Of a stretch of 64,000 bases of DNA, positions 56,278-64,000 are shown one piece after another (the stretch's first letter is position 1; every line of letters begins with the position of its first letter). Source of the stretch: an uncultured virus (IMG/VR IMGVR_UViG_3300017776_000001). Taxonomy: Duplodnaviria; Heunggongvirae; Uroviricota; Caudoviricetes. The stretch lies in IMG/VR virus record IMGVR_UViG_3300017776_000001, positions 1 through 64,000 of that record; one strand, given 5' to 3'. The translations under genes and the position numbers were made by a program. Below the pieces are notes generated by a model. It was not told the origin of the DNA. It was given only the letters and a program-made list of their open reading frames with translations, and did not search any database.

Positions 56278-59200
56278 ATGGCGCAACGAATAAAGAACCC
56301 TACGGGGTGGGTAAACACAACAGGAAGCTGGGTAAAAACATCTCCAACTGAATGGTCGGCAGTAGATTCTATCTATTCAAAGACACCTACTGGGTGGGTA
56401 AAGTCATCAGGACAAATGCCAGCTCAAGTAGTTGCAACAAGACCAGCAGTTGGGACAAGACCTTACAACTTCCAACAATCTTATCAATTCACTGTGCAAC
56501 AGTCGTATCAGTATCATAATAGGGTACAGGCATCTACACAACAGTCATATCAGTATCATAACAGGGTTCAAACAAGTGTTCAACAAGATTACACTTATCA
56601 CAACCGTGTTCAACAAAATACTCAACAGACATATACCTATCATAATAGAGTACAAAGAAGAAGACCAGTACAACAAGCATATACCTATCATAATAGAGTA
56701 CCTAGACGTAGACCAGTACAACAGACTTATAGTTATCACAATCAGGTACCAAGACGTAGACCAGTACAACAGACGTACGTCTATCATAATCAGGTACCAA
56801 GACGTAGACCTACACAACAATCATATCAATACCATAATAGAGTTGGTAGACAACGTGTAGTACAACAGGGTTATACTTATCACAATAGAGGACAAGCTTC
56901 TACCCAACAGACTTACCAGTATCATAACAGAGTTCAAACAAGTACTCAACAACCTTACACTTATCATAATAGGGTACCTAGAAGAAGACCTGTACAACAG
57001 TCGTATCAGTACCATAATAGAGTACAAAGAAGAAGACCTGTTCAACAGACGTATACCTATCATCATAGAATACCAAGACGTAGACCAGTACAACAGGCAT
57101 ACACTTATCACAATAGGATACAAACAAGTACTCAACAGGCATACACTTATCACAATAGGGTACCTAGAAGAAGACCAGTCCAACAGGCATACCAGTACCA
57201 CAATAGGGTGCAGAGAAGAAGACCTGTTCAACAGTCGTATCAGTACCATAATAGAGTACCTAGAAGAAGACCAGTACAACAAGGGTATACTTATCATAAT
57301 AGAGGACAAGCATCAACTCAACAGACTTATCAATATCATAACAGAGTTCAAGCTTCTACTCAACAGAGTTACCAGTATCATAATAGGGTTCAGACTAGTG
57401 TACAACAATCATACCAATACCATAATAGAGTACAGGTAAGTACACAACAGAATTACCAGTACAACAATACTGAATCAAGAAGAAGACCTGTACAACAAAG
57501 TTACCAGTACAACAATCAAGAGTCTAGAAGAAGACCAGTACAACAGGTATACCAGTATCATAATCAGGTACCTAGAAGAAGACCTGTACAACAGACGTAT
57601 ACCTATCATAATCAGGTACCAAGACGTAGACCTGTACAACAAAGTTACCAGTACAATAATCAAGAGACAAGACGTAGACCAGCACAACAGTCTTATACGT
57701 ATCATAATAGACTTCAAGCTAGGTATAGTTACCAACAACCTTATAGTTATCACAATCAGGTACCAAGACGTAGACCTGTGCAACAAGCATACACTTATCA
57801 TAATCAGGTTCCAAGACGTAGACCAGTTCAACAGTCTTATCAGTACAATAATCAAGAGTCAAGACGTAGACCAGTTCAACAGTCTTATCAGTACAATAAT
57901 CAAGAGCCAAGACGTAGACCAACACAACAGTCTTATCAGTTTAACCAACCTACACCTAGAAGAAGACCTGTACAACAAACATACCAGTTTAACCAACCTA
58001 CATCTAGGACAAGACAGACTACAGTAAGGAATAGCGCACACACAGCTTACATCCATTATGGAAATATCTATGGTGGTGGTGGTGATACATCTGTTATTAA
58101 GGTAGAAACTCCATACGGACAAAGAACTTCCTATATACCATCTTTTGAGTTCTCGGGTTTCCCAATGAATGCTCAGAATACAGGTACTGCAAGTCCATTT
58201 GGTTTTGCAGGAAGACCTGATGGAAAAGGACATGAAAGAGATTCCTTTAGAGGAAACATGATGTTCAGAGGGCCTTCGTTACAAATGTCAGGTACACAAT
58301 CACCATTCTTTACTGGTAGTGGCCCACAAAACCAATCAACATCACCGAAGAGTTGGCACTATAGAAGTTACTTTGGTGGACAAAGACAGTGGCAGGGTGT
58401 GTTAAGATTTGTTGGTGCGAACATGGAATTTGGTGCTGATTTCGTTGCAGGGCCAGCTGCTCAATCTGTTCAAAGTATACCTAACCCACAGAGACAAGGT
58501 TCAATACCTATTACAGGACAAGCACCAACTAATTCTCAATATGGTGCAAAAATAACGAGTGGACAGACTGCAACATTTAAATGGTCACAAGATGGTCAGA
58601 TGCAGTCACAATCACCCGGCGGTGGAGGTGGAGGATTCCCACTATTTGTCAGAAACAAAGGTGATGTATTCGTTAGAAGTAGAGATTTGTCTCATGTTCA
58701 CCAAGTAACTTTCAGTAATAGTGCTGGTGTGACATGGCCTCAAGGTCAGATGAACGAGATGCAACAGCCTGGTCAACAGAACCAACCGTACACTTATCAT
58801 AATAGGGTACAAAGACGTAGACCAACACAACAACCGTACACTTATCATAATAGGGTACCTAGAAGAAGACCAGTACAACAGGCATACACTTATCATAATC
58901 AGGTACCTAGAAGAAGACCTGTGCAACAAGCGTACACTTATCATAATCAGGTACCAAGACGTAGACCTGTACAACAAAGTTACCAGTACAACAATCAAGA
59001 GTCTAGAAGAAGACCAGTACAACAAAGTTACCAGTACAATAATACTGAGACTAGGAGAAGACCTGCTAGGTCAGACTATCGAGTCAACCAACCTACTCCT
59101 AGAAGAAGACCAGTACAACAGACGTATACCTATCATAATAGAATACCGAGACGTAGACCAGTGCAACAATCTTATCAGTACAATAATACTGAGACTAGAA

Positions 59201-60426
59201 GAAGACCAGTGCAATCGTCTTATCAGTACAATAATACTGAATCTAGAAGAAGACCAGTTCAACAGACGTATACTTATCATAATAGAATACCAAGACGTAG
59301 ACCTGTACAACAAAGTTATCAGTATCATAATCAGGTACCTAGAAGAAGACCAACTAGAGTACAAACATTACAGAGGGTGTCAAGACAGAGACCAGCAAGA
59401 GTACAAGCTTTACAACGTGTATCAAGACGTAGACCAACAAGAGTACAACAGTTGCAACGTGTCTCTAGACAAAGACCAGCAAGAGTACAGGTTAACATTC
59501 AAGAAACAAGAAGAAGACCAGTACAACAAAGTTACCAGTACAATAATATTGTAACTAGACAACGTCCTGTACAACAAGGTTATCAATATAATAATATTGA
59601 GTCTAGAAGAAGACCAGTGCAACAGGGTTATCAATATAATAATACTGAGACTAGAAGAAGACCAACTAGAGTACAGGTGAACCAACCTTCTCCTAGAAGA
59701 AGACCTGTTCAACAGAGTTATCAGTATAATAGTACTGAGAACAGACAGAGACCAGTACAACAAGGTTATCAGTATAATAATATTGAGACTAGACAACGTC
59801 CTGTACAACAAGGTTACCAGTATAATAATGTTGAGACTAGAAGAAGACCAGCAAGAGTACAACAGTTGCAACGTGTTTCTAGACAAAGACCTGCTAGAGT
59901 TCAGGTAAATATACAAGAAACTAGAAGAAGACCAGCACAGCAAACTTATCAGTACAATAATATTGTAACTAGACAACGTCCAACACAACAGAATTATCAA
60001 TATAATAATACTGAAAATAGACAGAGACCAGTGCAACAAGGTTACCAGTATAATAATACTGAAAACAGACAAAGACCAGTGCAACAGGGTTATCAATATA
60101 ATAATATTGAGTCTAGAAGAAGACCAGTGCAACAGGGTTATCAATATAATAATATTGAGTCTAGACAAAGACCAGCAAGAGTTCAGGTTCTACAGAATGT
60201 AACTAGACAAAGACCTGCTAGAACACAGGTATTGCAGAGAGTTTCAAGACAGAGACCTACTAGGGTACAGGTATTGCAAAGAGTTTCAAGACAGAGACCA
60301 GCACAGTCATCCCGTCAGAAGGTTACAGTTGGTATACAACCATATGCATATCAACAACCGTATAGAAATACAGTTCAGAAATGGGATGGTACAACGTCTT
60401 GGCCTGCACAACCAATATCCTCTTAA
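56278..60426 (+). CDS. Mirror-repeat protein B (putative hairpin-stalk adhesin)
   Basis: Trp-rich N-terminal module, 33 units (56497-58020), 253 aa core (58021-58779) paralogous to that of protein A, 33 units (58780-60303). Confidence 0.85.
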   Translation: MAQRIKNPTGWVNTTGSWVKTSPTEWSAVDSIYSKTPTGWVKSSGQMPAQVVATRPAVGTRPYNFQQSYQFTVQQSYQYHNRVQASTQQSYQYHNRVQTSVQQDYTYHNRVQQNTQQTYTYHNRVQRRRPVQQAYTYHNRVPRRRPVQQTYSYHNQVPRRRPVQQTYVYHNQVPRRRPTQQSYQYHNRVGRQRVVQQGYTYHNRGQASTQQTYQYHNRVQTSTQQPYTYHNRVPRRRPVQQSYQYHNRVQRRRPVQQTYTYHHRIPRRRPVQQAYTYHNRIQTSTQQAYTYHNRVPRRRPVQQAYQYHNRVQRRRPVQQSYQYHNRVPRRRPVQQGYTYHNRGQASTQQTYQYHNRVQASTQQSYQYHNRVQTSVQQSYQYHNRVQVSTQQNYQYNNTESRRRPVQQSYQYNNQESRRRPVQQVYQYHNQVPRRRPVQQTYTYHNQVPRRRPVQQSYQYNNQETRRRPAQQSYTYHNRLQARYSYQQPYSYHNQVPRRRPVQQAYTYHNQVPRRRPVQQSYQYNNQESRRRPVQQSYQYNNQEPRRRPTQQSYQFNQPTPRRRPVQQTYQFNQPTSRTRQTTVRNSAHTAYIHYGNIYGGGGDTSVIKVETPYGQRTSYIPSFEFSGFPMNAQNTGTASPFGFAGRPDGKGHERDSFRGNMMFRGPSLQMSGTQSPFFTGSGPQNQSTSPKSWHYRSYFGGQRQWQGVLRFVGANMEFGADFVAGPAAQSVQSIPNPQRQGSIPITGQAPTNSQYGAKITSGQTATFKWSQDGQMQSQSPGGGGGGFPLFVRNKGDVFVRSRDLSHVHQVTFSNSAGVTWPQGQMNEMQQPGQQNQPYTYHNRVQRRRPTQQPYTYHNRVPRRRPVQQAYTYHNQVPRRRPVQQAYTYHNQVPRRRPVQQSYQYNNQESRRRPVQQSYQYNNTETRRRPARSDYRVNQPTPRRRPVQQTYTYHNRIPRRRPVQQSYQYNNTETRRRPVQSSYQYNNTESRRRPVQQTYTYHNRIPRRRPVQQSYQYHNQVPRRRPTRVQTLQRVSRQRPARVQALQRVSRRRPTRVQQLQRVSRQRPARVQVNIQETRRRPVQQSYQYNNIVTRQRPVQQGYQYNNIESRRRPVQQGYQYNNTETRRRPTRVQVNQPSPRRRPVQQSYQYNSTENRQRPVQQGYQYNNIETRQRPVQQGYQYNNVETRRRPARVQQLQRVSRQRPARVQVNIQETRRRPAQQTYQYNNIVTRQRPTQQNYQYNNTENRQRPVQQGYQYNNTENRQRPVQQGYQYNNIESRRRPVQQGYQYNNIESRQRPARVQVLQNVTRQRPARTQVLQRVSRQRPTRVQVLQRVSRQRPAQSSRQKVTVGIQPYAYQQPYRNTVQKWDGTTSWPAQPISS
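56497..60303 (+). repeat. Two coding tandem arrays of 42/48 bp units flanking a unique core
   Basis: Each arm has 23 16-mers and 10 14-mers = 508 aa. Confidence 0.95.
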
Positions 60427-60445
60427 ATAAAAGGACTAAATATTA

Positions 60446-60474
60446 TTGACTAAAACATGATTAGATGTTATAAT
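60446..60474 (+). promoter_or_regulatory. Sigma70-type promoter with extended -10
   Basis: TTGACT-N17-TATAAT with TG at the extended -10 position. Confidence 0.75.
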
Positions 60475-60482
60475 GGAGTATT

Positions 60483-61937
60483 ATGAAGTATATTGATTTA
60501 CCCGACCCAGTGAGTGTGAAAAGTTCTTTCAACGACCATCTTGGTGGATTGAATAAAACAAAACCCAAGAAAGAAGTGATGATTAAAATCAAAGAAAAGT
60601 TTGATGAAATCTCACGTATATACAAACCTAAAATAGTTTCACTTGGTGACTTGCACAAAAAGTATGGTGTAAGTTACCAAGAAGACTCCTCACATAAAAT
60701 TAGGGATTTCTTTCGTGCATTACAAGTTGGAGAAGCAGCTGTTGATGCAGAAGACTTTGAAAGAATAAATGGTGATGAGAACTCTTCTCGTCTCTATCAT
60801 GCAACTAAATTACATTTCTTAATTCAAGATATCCGAGACAAAGGAATTGAATACGGCCCTCAAGGTGTATTGTATTGGCCTCCTACTGCAGATGCAGATG
60901 AGATTAGATACTTTGTACATCCCGGCACTGGAAGATATTCTGCAATCAAATATTTACAAAAATGGGATACTGAGTGTTTGGTATGGGATGCATATGACGT
61001 ATGTTATGACCATAAACCAATGTCTTACTCTGAATGGATAGTTCACACTTTTAAAAATAATCTATATCCCGATATGAATCATGTGTCTTATTGTTGGAAT
61101 CAAGGTATCATAGAAGCACACCAAAATAGAGACATGAGAGGTGACTATACTGAAGCAAATGACTACTTACATTATACACTATTCAATGGTGAGATACCAA
61201 CTATATACGTTGGATATGATGGTAGACATGGTGAAGTTTCAGATGTTTGTATAAAGAGTATACAACATTCTATTGAAAGATACAATAACAAAATGGGAGA
61301 CTTATCAAGTGTTCCGTGGAATGCATTCGTTAATATTAAAAAACTTGACGTTTCAAAGATTCCCGAGTATACTAGAGAGTATGCAAACCAATCAACAGAG
61401 TTTACGTATAGTAGATTCATGATACCATACTTAGAGAAATATCAAGGTGTCAGTATGTTTGTGGATGATGACTTTATCTTCACAGAAGATATGTTACACT
61501 TATTTTATTCACTAGGACATACTGATTCCGTTGCATGTTTCCATCATGACTTTTCTGATAAAGGTATTACAGAAAAATTAGGTGGAGAAAAGAATGTATG
61601 GTATCCTAAAAAACTATGGTCAAGTCTTATGATATTTAACAACGGTCATAAGGATTGTAGAAAACTAACACCCGAGGTGGTAAACACACAATCGGGTCAA
61701 TATCTACATCAATTTAAATGGACAGATAATGTAGTCAAACTTCAAGACGATTGTTGTTGGACTGAAGGTTACTCTGATGAACCATATAACGTAAAGAAAC
61801 ATAGAATGATTCATTACACAAATGGGGGCCCATGGATTGAAAACTTCAATGATAGTGTTCAACAAATTGGTAGATATAATTATTATAAAAATCTCGTAGA
61901 GATTGACAACAAAAAGGTGAAAGAAAATGGCAAATAG
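60483..61937 (+). CDS. Two-domain protein: unknown N-terminal domain plus GT-A glycosyltransferase
   Basis: C-terminal half IYVGYD, STEFTYSRFMIPYL..YQG.SMFVDDDF, YPKKLWSSLMIFN, LHQFKW, IHYTNGGPW. Confidence 0.8.
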   Translation: MKYIDLPDPVSVKSSFNDHLGGLNKTKPKKEVMIKIKEKFDEISRIYKPKIVSLGDLHKKYGVSYQEDSSHKIRDFFRALQVGEAAVDAEDFERINGDENSSRLYHATKLHFLIQDIRDKGIEYGPQGVLYWPPTADADEIRYFVHPGTGRYSAIKYLQKWDTECLVWDAYDVCYDHKPMSYSEWIVHTFKNNLYPDMNHVSYCWNQGIIEAHQNRDMRGDYTEANDYLHYTLFNGEIPTIYVGYDGRHGEVSDVCIKSIQHSIERYNNKMGDLSSVPWNAFVNIKKLDVSKIPEYTREYANQSTEFTYSRFMIPYLEKYQGVSMFVDDDFIFTEDMLHLFYSLGHTDSVACFHHDFSDKGITEKLGGEKNVWYPKKLWSSLMIFNNGHKDCRKLTPEVVNTQSGQYLHQFKWTDNVVKLQDDCCWTEGYSDEPYNVKKHRMIHYTNGGPWIENFNDSVQQIGRYNYYKNLVEIDNKKVKENGK

Positions 61938-62493
61938 AGCTTTAATATATGATGCAACTAATACGTTAGTTATTATCAAAGAAACAGGGTTAAGAATTGT
62001 TTATCAAAATGTAGACAAACCCGAATTAGGTTTCGAATACGAAGGACTCGTATACGACCAAGATGAATTCAAAATCTTAGAAGTAAATCCATCTAATTGG
62101 GATGCATCGGAAAAACTTCCGTTAACTGATTCAGACAGAGATAAGATTGAAAAATTTATCGATGATGCAGAAGCACCCGATGGTACAAACCTAAACAACC
62201 AATACATCGATGATTTGTATGATGTTGTTTCAAAAAATGTATATCAATTATGTGTTGAAATGAGAATTGAAAATCTATATGAAGCTACATACATTGGTAG
62301 AGAAGATTCAAATCATCCTTTTAGGTCAGATGCACGAAGAGTGTTAGAATTTGCAGATAGTTCTTACAGTGTACTAGAACAAGTTTGTAGTTCTCTAAGT
62401 AGAACCCGAGAAGACCAACTTAAAGACTTTGAAGATTATTGTGATGACTTGTTGCAGTTACCACCTGTACAACAATTCCAAGGTCAGCAGTAA
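61927..62493 (+). CDS. Hypothetical protein
   Basis: 188 aa ORF overlapping the upstream gene. Confidence 0.7.
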   Translation: MANRALIYDATNTLVIIKETGLRIVYQNVDKPELGFEYEGLVYDQDEFKILEVNPSNWDASEKLPLTDSDRDKIEKFIDDAEAPDGTNLNNQYIDDLYDVVSKNVYQLCVEMRIENLYEATYIGREDSNHPFRSDARRVLEFADSSYSVLEQVCSSLSRTREDQLKDFEDYCDDLLQLPPVQQFQGQQ

Positions 62494-62496
62494 TGT

Positions 62497-63186
62497 ATGG
62501 AAGTTGTATATCTAGATAAACCCTTTAAGATACAGAAATTCCCCTTAGATAAAATCTATGTCTTAGACGATTGGGTAACATACGAAATCATGTATAACAT
62601 GAGGAGACTAACCTCAAGAACTATATGGGCTCAAAACAATCAGGTAAATAGAAACGGTAAGATACGTCATCTGTTTTGGGGTGCAACATTCTATGAGGGC
62701 AAAGATAAAAAAATTAGAGACCATACTTATCATATGCAAGACACCTATCTTATCAGATATCTAGATTGGAAACTTCAATCAGAGTTTGGTTTTAGATGGG
62801 AAAAATTTCAGTATGCTGGTATGAATGGTCAGACCACTGGTCTTCAAGGGACTATACACGAAGATAGTTCTCCTGAAAATACAACTAATATATCTTTCTT
62901 ATGGTACAACACTGAGTATTGGGAAAAAGAATGGGGTGGCCCACTTAAATTTTATAACGAAGAAGCAAAACATATAGATGGTTATAAAGAAGAGTATTTA
63001 AAACATCAGATTGCACAGGTTGATTATAAACCAAATAGATTACTAATGTTTGATGGGAGTATACCACACAATGCAGATGCTCCAAATGATGCATGTGAAT
63101 ATGCATGTAGACAGTCTCTAGTTATACGAGGTGATGCATGTCGACTAGAGAATGAATTAGATTATTATGCCAACGATAGAATTTAA
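62497..63186 (+). CDS. 2OG-Fe(II) oxygenase (prolyl-hydroxylase-like)
   Basis: HED (HxD), WEKEWGGPLKF, PNRLLMFDGSIPH, RQSLV. Confidence 0.9.
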   Translation: MEVVYLDKPFKIQKFPLDKIYVLDDWVTYEIMYNMRRLTSRTIWAQNNQVNRNGKIRHLFWGATFYEGKDKKIRDHTYHMQDTYLIRYLDWKLQSEFGFRWEKFQYAGMNGQTTGLQGTIHEDSSPENTTNISFLWYNTEYWEKEWGGPLKFYNEEAKHIDGYKEEYLKHQIAQVDYKPNRLLMFDGSIPHNADAPNDACEYACRQSLVIRGDACRLENELDYYANDRI

Positions 63187-64000
63187 CACAACAAACGAAA
63201 AAGCATTTAAAGAATATCGTCCTGTAGTTGCAAAACATATACATCCTAATTGGTGGAAAGAGATGAGTGTTTCAGCTAATGGACGAGACAATATTAAGAT
63301 GTGTCCTTCAATGTTAGATGTGTTGGGTAGTGGTTACTACATTACATGTGTTGAAGATATTAAAATAGAATACCCTAAAAATGATTTAGATGGTTCACCC
63401 AAATATGAACTGGGACAATTTGCAAAGTGTCCACACAATCCTAATTATGAAACTACTGGTCACCCTAGAGAACAATTCCCTAACTTCGAGTATGCAAAGG
63501 CAGATGTAGAAGAAAATCTAGAAAAAAATAATGCAGTCAAAATTAGAGTTCCATGGAGTGTAACAACACCATTGGGTTATTCTTGTTTATATCTAGACCC
63601 ATTTCTATTTCAAAATAGATTCTTTCAGACTTGGCAGGGGGTTATGGACACCGATAAATATACAGGTGGAGACTTAAATGGTTTAATTATTCTGTATCCT
63701 AAGACAAGAGAAGAGTTTGTTATTCCAGCAGGAACACCTATAGCACAGATAGTTCCATATAGAAGAGAGTCGTGGAAAGCTAGTATCGATTTGATTAGTA
63801 CCGAACAATATCAAAAAGACCATGATGCATTTCTATATCATAAGTTTGCAACAGATGATTCAACACCCTTTAAGAAAGGTGGTGGAATAGAAAAGAAATG
63901 GGTTCCAAAATCACCACTCTTTGAAAAGGATATTTTTGACCCATTCAATATTATTCCGACTGAAGAAGAACTTGAACAAGAAAGAAAAATATCAAAAGAA
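63167..64000 (+). CDS. Conserved phage protein, 3'-truncated (DUF6065-like; not in ORF track)
   Basis: Open from ATG 63167 to the window end: PNWWK, IKMCPSMLD...GY, PWSVTTPLGYSCL, GVMDTD, IPAGTPIAQIVPYRRE. Confidence 0.8.
   Translation, partial: MPTIEFNTTNEKAFKEYRPVVAKHIHPNWWKEMSVSANGRDNIKMCPSMLDVLGSGYYITCVEDIKIEYPKNDLDGSPKYELGQFAKCPHNPNYETTGHPREQFPNFEYAKADVEENLEKNNAVKIRVPWSVTTPLGYSCLYLDPFLFQNRFFQTWQGVMDTDKYTGGDLNGLIILYPKTREEFVIPAGTPIAQIVPYRRESWKASIDLISTEQYQKDHDAFLYHKFATDDSTPFKKGGGIEKKWVPKSPLFEKDIFDPFNIIPTEEELEQERKISKE

Noticed and set aside
47501..58779. The two homologous cores as a diversity-generating retroelement TR/VR pair
   Set aside because: Divergence affects all bases and includes indels, both copies are coding, and there is no reverse transcriptase in the window.
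56432..60168. Many antisense and alternate-frame ORFs over the repeat genes (also 46847-47458 and over fibre/baseplate genes)
   Set aside because: Shadow ORFs caused by repeat periodicity and codon bias; low-complexity products with no recognisable motifs.
56497..60303. Regular 42-48 bp repeats as a CRISPR array
   Set aside because: Units are multiples of 3, in frame, vary synonymously and have no unique spacers; they are coding repeats.
56497..60303. DNA inverted repeat or invertible segment explaining the mirror symmetry
   Set aside because: Both arms are in direct orientation; the symmetry exists only in the order of peptide unit types, and no invertase is present.
1..64000. Stop-codon reassignment, introns or inteins
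   Set aside because: Core genes are full length in the standard code, TAA, TAG and TGA all serve as stops, and I saw no splicing or homing-endonuclease motifs.

Overview
This is a 64 kb, AT-rich fragment of an uncultured-type T4-like myovirus; the host cannot be determined from the window. From left to right it holds: accessory modification enzymes (sulfotransferase, radical SAM/SPASM, FkbM methyltransferase, SDR-like protein, glutaredoxin) around rnh; small early genes behind duplicated sigma70-type promoters; a DenV-like glycosylase, exonuclease, gp33, gp59 and gp32; a candidate structured RNA followed by phage ribosomal protein bS21; the gp4-gp2-tube-gp26-gp51 minus-strand block; the baseplate operon (gp48, 53, 5, 25, 6, 7, 8); a large fibre module; and a glycosyltransferase/2OG-Fe(II) oxygenase cluster. 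The standout signal is two paralogous Q/R/Y/N/H repeat proteins (46844-49084 and 56278-60426). In each, the N- and C-terminal repeat arms flank a shared ~250-270 aa core, have identical length (196/196 and 508/508 aa) and carry repeat types in exact mirror-complementary order (13/13 and 33/33 units). This suggests a self-zipping antiparallel stalk with a residue-level pairing code, docked on a fibre tip. No tRNA, CRISPR array or mobile element was found. All gene calls come from motif recognition and synteny, not database searches.
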